Positions 30,330-39,974 of a stretch of DNA of 56,208 nt are shown piece after piece (the stretch's first letter is position 1; each line of letters begins with the position of its first letter). The notes below the pieces were generated by a model, which saw only the letters and a program-made list of their open reading frames with translations, made no database searches and was not told the origin of the DNA. The position numbers and the translations under genes are program-made. Source of the stretch: an uncultured Mycoplasmatota bacterium. GTDB lineage: Bacteria > Bacillota_I > Bacilli_A > RF39 > UBA660. Location: contig CAOKBR010000003.1 in assembly GCA_948466735.1 (NCBI GenBank), positions 1-56,208 on the forward strand, written 5' to 3'.

Positions 30330-30863
30330 TTATTCCTTATCTTTTTTCGGTGCTAGTAACATCGTCATCGTGCGTCCTTCTAATTTCGCAGGTTGTTCGA
30401 TATCGGCGATATCAACAAGACGTACATAGAATTTATCAATTACTTCTTGTCCTAATTCAGGATGTGCCATTTGACGACCTTTGAATCGAATTGATAATTT
30501 AATTTTATCTCCTTTTTCAAGGTACTTAATTACATTGCGTAACTTAGTTTCAAAATCTCCTACGTCAATTACTGGTGATAAACGGAATTCTTTTAATTCT
30601 GCCGTATTAGCACGTTGCTTCTTTAAGGCATCTTTTTCCCGTTTCTTTTTTTCGTAACGGAATTTATTATAATCCATTACTTTACAAACTGGTGGCTTTC
30701 CATTTGGATTCATTAAAACTAAATCAAGTCCCGCATAAGTTGCTAATGTCAATGCATCTTGTATGTTTTTTACCCCAACTTGTTCACCATTAGGTCCGAT
30801 GACAAGCACTTCCCTCGCACGAATTTGTTCGTTGATTAACATGTTGTTTCTATTGTTAGCGAT
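30330..30863 (-). CDS. infC: Translation initiation factor IF-3 (probable non-AUG start)
   Basis: INEQIRAREV, PPVCKVMDY, IRFKGRQ; GGAGGTG RBS precedes in-frame ATT (30866) and ATC (30863) rather than the ATG at 30842. Confidence 0.93.
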   Translation of the reverse strand: MANNRNNMLINEQIRAREVLVIGPNGEQVGVKNIQDALTLATYAGLDLVLMNPNGKPPVCKVMDYNKFRYEKKKREKDALKKQRANTAELKEFRLSPVIDVGDFETKLRNVIKYLEKGDKIKLSIRFKGRQMAHPELGQEVIDKFYVRLVDIADIEQPAKLEGRTMTMLLAPKKDKE

Positions 30864-30883
30864 AATTACACCTCCATTAAATA

Positions 30884-31000
30884 TAAAAAAGTGAATACGC
30901 GAAACGTATCCACATCAAACGATTCTTGATTAATTTTATCAAGAAGGCTTGCTACCCAACGCTACTTGCATTCAGGTGGATGAGATACATCGCTTTCCTT
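30884..31000 (-). promoter_or_regulatory. L20 leader (attenuator)
   Basis: CACCTGA..TGGGT structure and terminator GTGGATACG-TTTCG-CGTATTCAC-TTTTTT upstream of infC. Confidence 0.75.
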
Positions 31001-31066
31001 TTTTTCATTTATATGACCAATTATAGTGATTTATTCTCTATTTGTCAAGAATTTTTTCAAAAACTT

Positions 31067-31281
31067 TTATGAGCTAGTAACAGCAATATTACCAGCACTA
31101 TGTGTTATTGTTCCTATTACAAAAGTAGCAGCAGTATTTGCTCTTGCCAATTAAAACTTCTACCCGTTTTATTAATAATTTTTCCTAAATTAGGATTAGA
31201 AAAGCTCCCTCCCCCCCTAGTTAATCTAAGGTTAACTAAGATAGGGATCAAAAGATAAAAACCATTACTAACTCGATTCAT
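31067..31281 (-). pseudogene. LTRGGG leader (copy 2) fused to the 3' end of a deleted LRR surface gene
   Basis: ORF 31117-31281 MNRVSNGFYLLIPILVNLRLTRGGGSFSNPNLGKIINKTGRSFNW; another frame ends TFVIGTITHSAGNIAVTSS*. Confidence 0.8.
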
Positions 31282-31563
31282 TTTTTACACCTACCTTTAT
31301 ATTACTATAATAAAAGTATGCACCAACAAAAGTCACCTCGACAATACTAAAATAGTATAAAATTTTACTTTTAGCTAACCATTAATATAGGAGTATTCAT
31401 TATTCACTGCATTTGTTTTTTCATACATTATACTAGAGAATGAAATTTATCATGTTTGAATCATTCTCAAAAGGGTACCTTATTTTACAAATTTACTTTT
31501 CCAAACAAGTTTTAATTTATGTTTAGTATTCATCCAAACAAAATAATTTTCCCTCCCACAACG

Positions 31564-31597
31564 AAAAAATCTAAGCCATATGGTTTAGATTTTTATT
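31564..31597. terminator. Terminator after ftsK
   Basis: AAAAATCTAAGCCA-TA-TGGTTTAGATTTTT. Confidence 0.7.
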
Positions 31598-31598
31598 T

Positions 31599-33920
31599 TT
31601 ATTCATCGCTTGATTCGTCTTGTTCTTCCAATTTTACTAACACTTCACGAGGTTTACTTCCGTTCGCTGGCCCAATAATTCCTCGTTCTTCTAGTAAATC
31701 AATCACTCTTGCAGCTCGATTATATCCTAGGCGAAATCTTCGTTGTAGAAGAGATGCCGATGCTTTTCCAGTTTGAATAACAAACTCAGCAATCTCATTA
31801 TATAATGGGTCATCATATTCTTCTTCTTGATTTTCATCTTCCCTTTGACTAGCACTTTTACTACTATCAGCAACAGCTAAATTCATCATATTCTCATCAT
31901 ACTGTGCAATTTGTTGAGCTACTGTATAATCGATAATCTTTTTAATCTCATCATCAGAGATAAATGCTCCTTGAATACGCGTTGGACTAGTATCCCCCAT
32001 TGGGAAGAACAACATATCTCCCTTTCCAAGAAGTTTTTCTGCTCCTGTCATATCCAAAATAGTACGAGAGTCAATACTATTACTAACAGCAAATGATATA
32101 CGCGATGGTATATTTGCTTTAATTAATCCCGTAATAACGTCAGTTGAAGGTCGTTGTGTGGCAATAATTAAATGAATTCCTGCTGCACGTGCCATTTGGG
32201 TAATTCTCATAATGGAGTCTTCTACTTCTTTACTAGCAACTAACATCAAGTCAGCAAGTTCATCAACAATGACTACGATATACGGCATTTTTCTTAATTT
32301 TTCATCATCTGGCAAGGTTTGATTTCGCTGTTCAATGTATTCGTTATATCCTTTAATATTTTTCGTTTTACTATCACTAAACACATCATACCGTCGTTCC
32401 ATTTCTGATACTATCTTAGCTAGGGCAACGCTTGCTTTCTTAGGATCTGTTACCACAGGACACAATAGATGTGGTGTTCCATTATATACACTTAATTCAA
32501 CTTTCTTGGGATCAACTAAGACTAAACGCACTTCATCAGGTTTTGTTCTCATTAAAATCGAACAAATAATACCGTTAATACAAACAGATTTACCACTACC
32601 TGTTGTACCTGCTACTAAAAGGTGCGGTGTCTTATCAATTTCACACCATTTTACATCACCGTTAATATCTTTTCCTAAAGGGGCTAGAAGCTTACTGTCT
32701 TTTTTCTCTTTAGGGACACCTTCCAATACTTCACGGAAAGAAACAGATGTCATATAATCATTAGCTAACTCAATTCCAACCGTTTTCTTACCTGGAATTG
32801 GAGCCTCAATACGCACATCCTTCTTCGCTAAAGCTAGGGCAATTTCACGATAAATACCAAGTAACCTACTAACTTTAGTACCTGATTGTAACTCTAACTC
32901 ATATTGAGTAACCGTAGGTCCAACATGAACTTCAACTACTTTTCCAATAACGCCAAAGTCTGATAAAACTTGTTCTAGTACAACAATATTATGTTCAATT
33001 CCTACTTGATTAGGATTTTTAGCGCTTTTCTTTGGTGCGGCTAACAAAGTAATCGGTGGTAAAATATAATTTTTTTCTCTTACGATCAAATGATTTTCAT
33101 TACTGTTATCTTGTTTGATTTGAAGTGGTTCTTCTTTGTCTTCTTTCTCATCAGGTGTTACATCTTCACGAACAACTAGAGCTTCTTTATGAGGCTCTAA
33201 ATCTTTTAAGCTAGAAATAACAATTCGTTTATCTTCTTTTTCTTCTTCCTTCTTTTGTTCTTTATCGTCTAAGTCTACACCACTAATAATAACTTTCTTT
33301 CGATCTTCCTTACTTTTTTCCTTTTTCTCATGATGTTTTGGTAATAACTCTTTACTTTTACTCCAAGTGTTTTTAATCAAATCAACAATTGAAAATCCTG
33401 TAAATAAAGTTAGTCCAATGATAAGTAATGCCCATCTCATAATGACCATACCTTGATAATCAAAAAGTTTTGTAAATAAGACGCCAAAAGCACAACCTAA
33501 AATTCCACCACCGGCGAGTTCAAAATTTACCGTTTGAACATGTTGAAAGGCTCCAGTTAATTCTTGAATAGTATCTTGAAATATTTTAGAAATATCATCT
33601 AGATGTTGCGATATATAACTATCATGTGCCCATATTAATAAAGCAATCACAAAAATATATAATCCAATTAGTTTAGTTGAAAAGAAATTCGGCCATTCTC
33701 TTTTTAAAAGAAGATAGAAACCAACAACAAAAAAGGCGACTAATAACACACCATAATATGTACCTACTAAAAAGATACAAAAAGAGCTAATTATCTCTCC
33801 CACTGGACCGTATTTTCCAATACCAAGGATTGCACTAAGCATTAAAATAACCCCAATTAACTCTGCTGTATACTTAAATTCCTTTTTTGGTTCTTCTTTT
33901 CTTTTTTTCTTTTTTGCCAT
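31599..33920 (-). CDS. ftsK: DNA translocase FtsK/SpoIIIE
   Basis: N-terminal TMs, PHLLVAGTTGSGKS, VDELADLM, gamma domain SASLLQRRFRLGYNRAAR. Confidence 0.96.
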   Translation of the reverse strand: MAKKKKRKEEPKKEFKYTAELIGVILMLSAILGIGKYGPVGEIISSFCIFLVGTYYGVLLVAFFVVGFYLLLKREWPNFFSTKLIGLYIFVIALLIWAHDSYISQHLDDISKIFQDTIQELTGAFQHVQTVNFELAGGGILGCAFGVLFTKLFDYQGMVIMRWALLIIGLTLFTGFSIVDLIKNTWSKSKELLPKHHEKKEKSKEDRKKVIISGVDLDDKEQKKEEEKEDKRIVISSLKDLEPHKEALVVREDVTPDEKEDKEEPLQIKQDNSNENHLIVREKNYILPPITLLAAPKKSAKNPNQVGIEHNIVVLEQVLSDFGVIGKVVEVHVGPTVTQYELELQSGTKVSRLLGIYREIALALAKKDVRIEAPIPGKKTVGIELANDYMTSVSFREVLEGVPKEKKDSKLLAPLGKDINGDVKWCEIDKTPHLLVAGTTGSGKSVCINGIICSILMRTKPDEVRLVLVDPKKVELSVYNGTPHLLCPVVTDPKKASVALAKIVSEMERRYDVFSDSKTKNIKGYNEYIEQRNQTLPDDEKLRKMPYIVVIVDELADLMLVASKEVEDSIMRITQMARAAGIHLIIATQRPSTDVITGLIKANIPSRISFAVSNSIDSRTILDMTGAEKLLGKGDMLFFPMGDTSPTRIQGAFISDDEIKKIIDYTVAQQIAQYDENMMNLAVADSSKSASQREDENQEEEYDDPLYNEIAEFVIQTGKASASLLQRRFRLGYNRAARVIDLLEERGIIGPANGSKPREVLVKLEEQDESSDE

Positions 33921-34053
33921 ACCTTTACCTCACCTTCAAGAACAGAATCTATACAATACAAATTATATCATAGAAACAAATTATTGTGCATAATAATTAT
34001 AGAATTTGAAAAGATTTTACTAATTAAAAAGAACAAGACAATGCTTATTCTAT

Positions 34054-35559
34054 TTATGAAGATGATATTACTACGCTCCCAACACTTCCAGTTACAAATG
34101 GTGTTCCTGTAGTTCCTCTAATAATATCATTCCAATCAAAACTTCTTCCTGTTTTATTAATAATCTTTTCTAAATTTGGATTTGAAGAAGAGTACTTATA
34201 TAATGCCATTTGCCCAATCGTTGTTACACTACTAGGAATAACTATGCTAGTTAATTGATTATCAAGAAATGCCCCTTGCCCAATCGTTGTTACACTACTA
34301 GGAATAACTATACTAGTTAATTGATTTCTAGAAAATGCAGAATTTCCTATTAATGTTACACTATTTGGTATTGTTACGCTTGTTAATTGATTATTAGAAA
34401 ATGCATAATCTCCAATTGTCGTTACATTATTTGGTATTTCTACGCTTGTTAATTGATTAGTAGAAAATGCAAAATTTTTTATTGATGTTACACTATCAGG
34501 TATTGTTACACTTGTTAATTGATTATGAGAAAATGCCAAACCTCCTATTGTTGTTACACTATCAGGTATTGTTACACTTGTTAATTGATTATAATAAAAT
34601 GCAGAATTTCCTATTGTTGTTACACTATCAGGAATTGTTACGCTTGTTAATTGACTATAAGAAAATGCAGAATCTCCTATTGTTGTTACACTATTAGGGA
34701 TAGATAAAGAGACAAGACTATTTTCATAAAATGCATAATCTCCAATACTTGTTATCGTATTTGGAAGAACTACACTAGTCAAACGAGTAGTTCTATTAGC
34801 AAAGACATTATCGCCAATTGTTGTTACTTTTACTCCATCAATAGTGTATGGAATTACTACGTCACTACTACATTCATCACTATATCCAGTAATTGTTCCT
34901 GTTGTTTTTTCAAAGGTAAAACATGCTTCATCTGTAAAGTTTTCACTAGATACTTGTTTTGCATACACATTTACTTTTACTCCATACTTTCTTGATTCAC
35001 CGTTTGGAATTTCTGCACTTTCATCTACCCACATACGTAATCGATAGTTATGAATTGTTGTTCCTTCTTCCATAAAAATTCCTGAATCTAAAATCATTGA
35101 GCCTATTGGAGAACCTACTTCACTTTGACTTTACATTGCCAAAAAATTACTAGGAGCCATTACTTGTTGATAAGTTGTATCAGGATCTACTGCTCTTTCT
35201 AAATAAAGTTTTACTTCGTTATCTTCTAAAGGGGTTACATCGCTAATTGGCAGTTTTACTGCACTTACTTCGTAAGTTATAACATTACTTTTTCCAAGAG
35301 TTGCTTGGACTGTAAAATCAAATACATTGTTTTCACCTACTAAAACTTTTCCTTTTTCATCAGAAATCGGATACGCTTCATTTAACATAATTCCTGTTTT
35401 TCCTTCGGTGTATGTTAACACGATGGTTGACGTTTCTAGAGTATTTTCAACAGTTCCCTCTTTTGTAAAGGTAAATGCTGCAAAAGTGACTCCTATTGTT
35501 ATTATTACTAAGAGAAAAAGCATTACTATAGATACAATTATTTTCTTTTTATTTTTCAT
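34054..35559 (-). pseudogene. SipW-signal core plus BspA-type LRR surface protein, single in-frame TAA
   Basis: ORFs 35131-35559 and 34054-35097 share one frame; TAA at 35131-35133 aligns with GAA in the paralog. Confidence 0.88.
34205..34790 (-). repeat. 66-bp tandem coding repeats (22-aa BspA LRR)
   Basis: Units such as NQLTSVTIPDSVTTIGNSAFYY, about 8-9 copies. Confidence 0.92.
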
Positions 35560-35643
35560 TATCTTAAACTCCTATTATTTTTTAGTATACCCTTATTTTT
35601 TCCTAAATACTTAATTGTTAACTAAAACATAATTTTTTACCAC

Positions 35644-35675
35644 AAAAAGGAATAGAGACACTTCCTATTCCCTTT
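35644..35675 (-). terminator. Intrinsic terminator between leader ORF and surface gene
   Basis: GGGAATAGGA-AGTG-TCTCTATTCC then TTTTT. Confidence 0.75.
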
Positions 35676-35695
35676 GTTTTCCAAATAATTTTACT

Positions 35696-35776
35696 TTAAA
35701 AGCTACCCCCCCCCCTAGTTAATCTAGGGTTAACTAGATAATGTAGACGCATATCTTTTCCTATCACATTTACCAT
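35696..35776 (-). CDS. 26-aa leader peptide MVNVIGKDMRLHYLVNPRLTRGGGSF (copy 1)
   Basis: GAGGTG RBS; upstream TTGTTA-17-TAGAAT promoter; G10 tract at 35706-35715; homologous copies at 31.2 and 19.8 kb. Confidence 0.7.
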   Translation of the reverse strand: MVNVIGKDMRLHYLVNPRLTRGGGSF

Positions 35777-35866
35777 TTTCTACACCTCTACTTTATGTTC
35801 ATTCTATCATAAAAATATTTTTTTAACAATAATTAAATAAACCCTTTGTTAAACTTTTCTATTAAA

Positions 35867-36378
35867 TGTAAGTTAAATTTGAAAGCGCACAATTGAAGGA
35901 GGAATATTATCATGGCAAATTATTATCATCCATCATATGAAGATAGAAAAAGTAGTATTGAATGTAATCATAAAACTGGAGAATACATTTCTCATGTATT
36001 TTTCTGTGATCCTTCTGCTTCTTGGCAAAAAGGAAGTATCGAAAAAAATCATGAATTTATTAGATATGTTCTATCTAAAAAAACTACATTTAAAGATTTA
36101 ACTCAAAATGATTGTAATATTGCTGCAAATAATATTAAATGTCCATGAGAGAATCACTTAATAGTAATTGTCATTTAAAGCAATGTTATTTCTATGTAAT
36201 GAAAAGATATTAATTTCATTAAACATGTATTATATTGAACCTGATGAAGTTGTATTAAACAATAGTTTATTAAAAAAAAAAGATATTTATAATCTCTACT
36301 TATAAATATCAACCTGACAAATAAATTGCCGCATATTACATATATAACAGAATTGTGCACTTTACTTTTTACCTAACA
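35867..36378 (+). mobile_element. Internally deleted IS30-family element (MITE-like, 512 bp)
   Basis: ORF 35912-36148 joins MANYYH..EDRK to FFCDPSASWQKGSIEKNHEFIRY; imperfect 28-bp TIRs starting TGT (21/28 match). Confidence 0.85.
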
Positions 36379-36397
36379 TCTTAATTTTACCAATTCA

Positions 36398-37755
36398 TTA
36401 ATTCGTAATTACCACATCTCCAACAAAACCAGTAACAAACATAGTCCCTTTAGTTCCGTTAATAATATAATTCCAGTCAAAGCTTCTTCCCGTTTTATTA
36501 ATAATTTGCGTTAAATTATAGTTCAATTTAAAAACGCTATCATGAATTTCCAATACATTACTTGGAATAGTCACTATGATAAAATCATTTAATCTAAACG
36601 CTTCTGTTTTTATTTTGGTAACACTTTCTGGAATAAATATACTAGTTAAATGATTTCCATTAAAAGCCAAAGACTCTATAGTTTCGACAAAATCTGGAAT
36701 AACCACATTTTCTCTTTTCGCACCTCCATAACTTAATAATTTAGTATAATCAATATTTGCATCATCACTTCGCCGATAAAAGAAGGCTTGCTCATCTGGT
36801 AGCTGATTATCGTTAAATGCTCCTAGCCCAATAGTTTCAATACCATTAGGAAGAGTTACATTTCTTAACTGATTAGAAAGAAAAGCGAATCTTCCTATAA
36901 CTTTTATATTTTGTGGAAAAACTATTTCCGTTAACTTATTGTTATAAAACGCACTTTCTCCGATTTCTTTTATATTACTTGAAAAAGTAACACTAGTTAA
37001 TTTCTTATTCAAAAAAGCTTTATCACCCATTTTAGTAACCTGTACTCCATCAATAGTGTATGGAATCACTACATCTTTTGGACAATTGTCATCATAATCA
37101 GTAATGGTTCCTGTAGATGAGTCAAATGTAAAACAAGACTCGTCTGTAAAGTTTTCACTTGATACTTGTTTCGCATACACATTCACTTTTACTCCATACT
37201 TTCTTGATTCACCGTTTGAAATTTCTGCACTTTCATCTACCCACATACGTAAACGATAATTATGAATCGTTGTACCTTTGGTATAAAATGCCCCCCGAAT
37301 CTAAAATCATTGACCCTACTGGTGAACCTACTTCACTTTGACTTTCAATTACTTGGTGCTAAAACTTGTTGATAAGCGGTATCAGGATCTACTGCTTTTT
37401 CTAAATAAAGTTTAACCTCATTATCTAAAAGTGATGTTACATCAGCAATTGGTATCTTAACTGCACTTACTTCATACGAAATTACTGTTGATGTTCCTAG
37501 AGTTGCTTGCACCGTAAAATCAAAAATGTTGTTTTATAAAACTAAAACTTTACCCTTATCATCACTCATTGGATACACTTCACTTAAAGTAATTCCTGTT
37601 TTACCTTCCGTATAGGTTAACATGATGGTTGATGTTTCCAAAGTATTTTCAACTGTTCCTTCTTTCGTAAAAGTAAATACGGCAAAAGTTACTCCAATTG
37701 TTACTATCACCAATAAAAGTAACATCGCCAAAGGAAATATTATTTTCTTCTTCAT
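36398..37755 (-). pseudogene. SipW-signal core plus BspA LRR surface protein, multiply disrupted
   Basis: In-frame TAA at 37534, short deletion near 37350, extra G in the G6 run at 37291-37296; colinear with 34054-35559. Confidence 0.88.
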
Positions 37756-37853
37756 TTTTATTTACCCTATTATCTTTATCTATACTTATTAGTGCACCAT
37801 AAATTTCTAAAAATTAGAGAAAAATTTACCATTAAAAACAAAAAACGCAATAA

Positions 37854-38894
37854 TTATGCGTCTATGTCTGTTGTTAAAAACATGCTATCACCGAAAGAGA
37901 AGAATCGATATTTCTCATCTACTGCAATACGATAAGCATTTAAGATAATCTCACGAGTAGCAAAAGCACTCACTAACATCACTAAAGTCGATTTTGGTAA
38001 ATGAAAATTTGTAATTAACCCATCGATGGCTAAAAATTGATACCCTGGATAAATGAAAATATTAGTAAACCCAAAACATTCTTGGAATTTGCCGTATTTT
38101 TGCATGATGGACTCTAGTGTTCTAGTAGATGTTGTTCCCACACTAATAATTCGTTGATGATTTTTCTTAGCATCATTTAAAATATCAGCAGTAACTTTAC
38201 TCATTTGATAATATTCACTATGCATTTCATGGTTTTCAATTTTCTCTACTTTAACAGGACGAAATGTACCTAATCCAACATGAAGCGTAACTGTACAAAT
38301 CGTTACCCCCTTTTTCTTAATCTCATCAAGTAACTCTTTAGTAAAATGTAGTCCTGCAGTAGGTGCTGCTGCACTTCCTTGTTCTTTGGCATACACTGTT
38401 TGATAACGATTTTGATTTTCTAATTGTTCATGAATATAAGGTGGTAGCGGCATCGTTCCTAACTTATCTAAAATTTCATAAAAGATTCCTTGATAAGAAA
38501 ATACAAACTCCCTTATTCCTTCCTCACCGATGGAAGTACACTTTGCCGTTAATAATCCTCCACCAAAGGAAATGATAGTTCCTAGTTTTACTCTTCTAGC
38601 TGGTTTTACTAAAGCTTCCCAAGTATCTTTTTCTATATTTTTTAAAAGTAATACTTCAATTGCTGCTTTAGTATCTAGTTTTTCTCCTAAAAGTCTAGCA
38701 GGTAATACCTTAGTATCATTTAAAACTAGGACATCTCCATTATGTAAATAAGATAAAATATCAGTAAACTTTTGATGTTTAATAGCACCTGTTTTTCTAT
38801 CAACAACCATTAATCTCGATGAATCACGTTTTTTTAAAGGAACTTGGGCAATTAACTCTTCTTTTAGTTCATAATCAAAATCTTTTACTTCCAT
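37854..38894 (-). CDS. queA: S-adenosylmethionine:tRNA ribosyltransferase-isomerase
   Basis: [40 protein letters not shown]. Confidence 0.97.
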   Translation of the reverse strand: MEVKDFDYELKEELIAQVPLKKRDSSRLMVVDRKTGAIKHQKFTDILSYLHNGDVLVLNDTKVLPARLLGEKLDTKAAIEVLLLKNIEKDTWEALVKPARRVKLGTIISFGGGLLTAKCTSIGEEGIREFVFSYQGIFYEILDKLGTMPLPPYIHEQLENQNRYQTVYAKEQGSAAAPTAGLHFTKELLDEIKKKGVTICTVTLHVGLGTFRPVKVEKIENHEMHSEYYQMSKVTADILNDAKKNHQRIISVGTTSTRTLESIMQKYGKFQECFGFTNIFIYPGYQFLAIDGLITNFHLPKSTLVMLVSAFATREIILNAYRIAVDEKYRFFSFGDSMFLTTDIDA

Positions 38895-39314
38895 TTAAAA
38901 CTCCCAAAGGTTTAGTCCTATTTCATCATCAAACCTACGATTTATTTCTACATCCACTGCATCAATTATGATTTCACCTGTTGCCGATATTATTGCTTTA
39001 TTCAAGTGACCCCCGAATAATTGACCATTAATGTTTCCAACAGTAATATGTAAATGAAGATAAACTTGTTCTTCTTTTCTTGAAATGTTTCCTATTAACG
39101 AGGTAATTTCTAAAGACTCATTTAACTGATTCATGTGATACTTTTTCTCTTTTGTATCAAATAAACCAAATTCTATTCTTTCTACTGCCCCAATTCCTGT
39201 AATGCTACCAGCCTTAATATCATTTTGCTTACAAAAATTGCTAATAGATTCTATAATTTCCTCGCCCTTTTCTAATCTTAAAAAGTAACGATTATCTTTT
39301 TTCTTCCACTCCAT
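38895..39314 (-). CDS. PPC/DUF296 domain protein
   Basis: RLEKGEEI, GIGA, EITSLIGN, HLH, GGHL. Confidence 0.9.
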   Translation of the reverse strand: MEWKKKDNRYFLRLEKGEEIIESISNFCKQNDIKAGSITGIGAVERIEFGLFDTKEKKYHMNQLNESLEITSLIGNISRKEEQVYLHLHITVGNINGQLFGGHLNKAIISATGEIIIDAVDVEINRRFDDEIGLNLWEF

Positions 39315-39335
39315 AAAACATTCCCCCTTATTGTT

Positions 39336-39962
39336 TTACATTGCTAAAGCGTGTTCTGTATCTTTTGATAAAATATCTTCCTTATTTCGTAATCTTCCCA
39401 TACGAATCGGTGGTACAAGATTACGAATTAAATCAGCATAAGGATTTGCCATAAACTCTTCCTGTAATTCAAAAAACCTTGTAATTGGATCCATTGTTCG
39501 TGAATGAGTTTTCATATCATTCACTAAATAATGCAGTAATAAAAATTGTTTATCCTCTTCATTTGGGGCTTTAGAAACCGCTAAAGATAGTGTAGCGTTA
39601 TTAGCAGCAAACTTTCCCTGTTCTTCTAGATCTTCGCATGATGCAATATAATCGCCTAATAAAAATAAGTTTTCGTTTTTAAATTTCGCTAAACTATTTT
39701 GGTTAATCTTAGCAACATGGACAATACCTCCAATCATGAGTAACTTCCATAAATCACTAAGTTCAGAATGTTTTTCTAATTGCTGTTTTAAATATAAAAT
39801 ACTCTGTTGTGATGTCGTTGATAGTTTTTCAATTTCATAAATATTTCGAATCAGTGTTAACTGCGTTGGACTTTTTACATAATCCACATTTTCAATAATT
39901 GCATCTTTTAACTCTTTAATTAACTGTTCAATACTTGAATACATTGTTTTTCCGTTTTCCAT
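39336..39962 (-). CDS. Hypothetical protein
   Basis: 208-aa ORF with RBS inside the ruvB-queA cluster. Confidence 0.7.
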   Translation of the reverse strand: MENGKTMYSSIEQLIKELKDAIIENVDYVKSPTQLTLIRNIYEIEKLSTTSQQSILYLKQQLEKHSELSDLWKLLMIGGIVHVAKINQNSLAKFKNENLFLLGDYIASCEDLEEQGKFAANNATLSLAVSKAPNEEDKQFLLLHYLVNDMKTHSRTMDPITRFFELQEEFMANPYADLIRNLVPPIRMGRLRNKEDILSKDTEHALAM

Positions 39963-39974
39963 TACTTATAGCTC

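Noticed and set aside
31519-31776. 85-aa plus-strand ORF
   Set aside because: Spans the ftsK terminator and the antisense of the ftsK 3' end.
34205-34790. Regular repeats that might be a CRISPR array
   Set aside because: 66-bp in-frame units encoding BspA LRRs; no unique spacers and no cas genes.
36175-36360. 61-aa ORF
   Set aside because: Lies within the IS30 remnant on the opposite strand; no coding signal.
35131-37536. TAA read-through as Glu
   Set aside because: TAA ends most housekeeping genes here, and the 37.5 kb gene also has frameshifts, so these are nonsense mutations.
37801-37815. CodY-like box AAATTTCTAAAAATT upstream of a surface gene
   Set aside because: Two mismatches to an AT-only consensus in very AT-rich DNA, and not clearly repeated at the paralogs.
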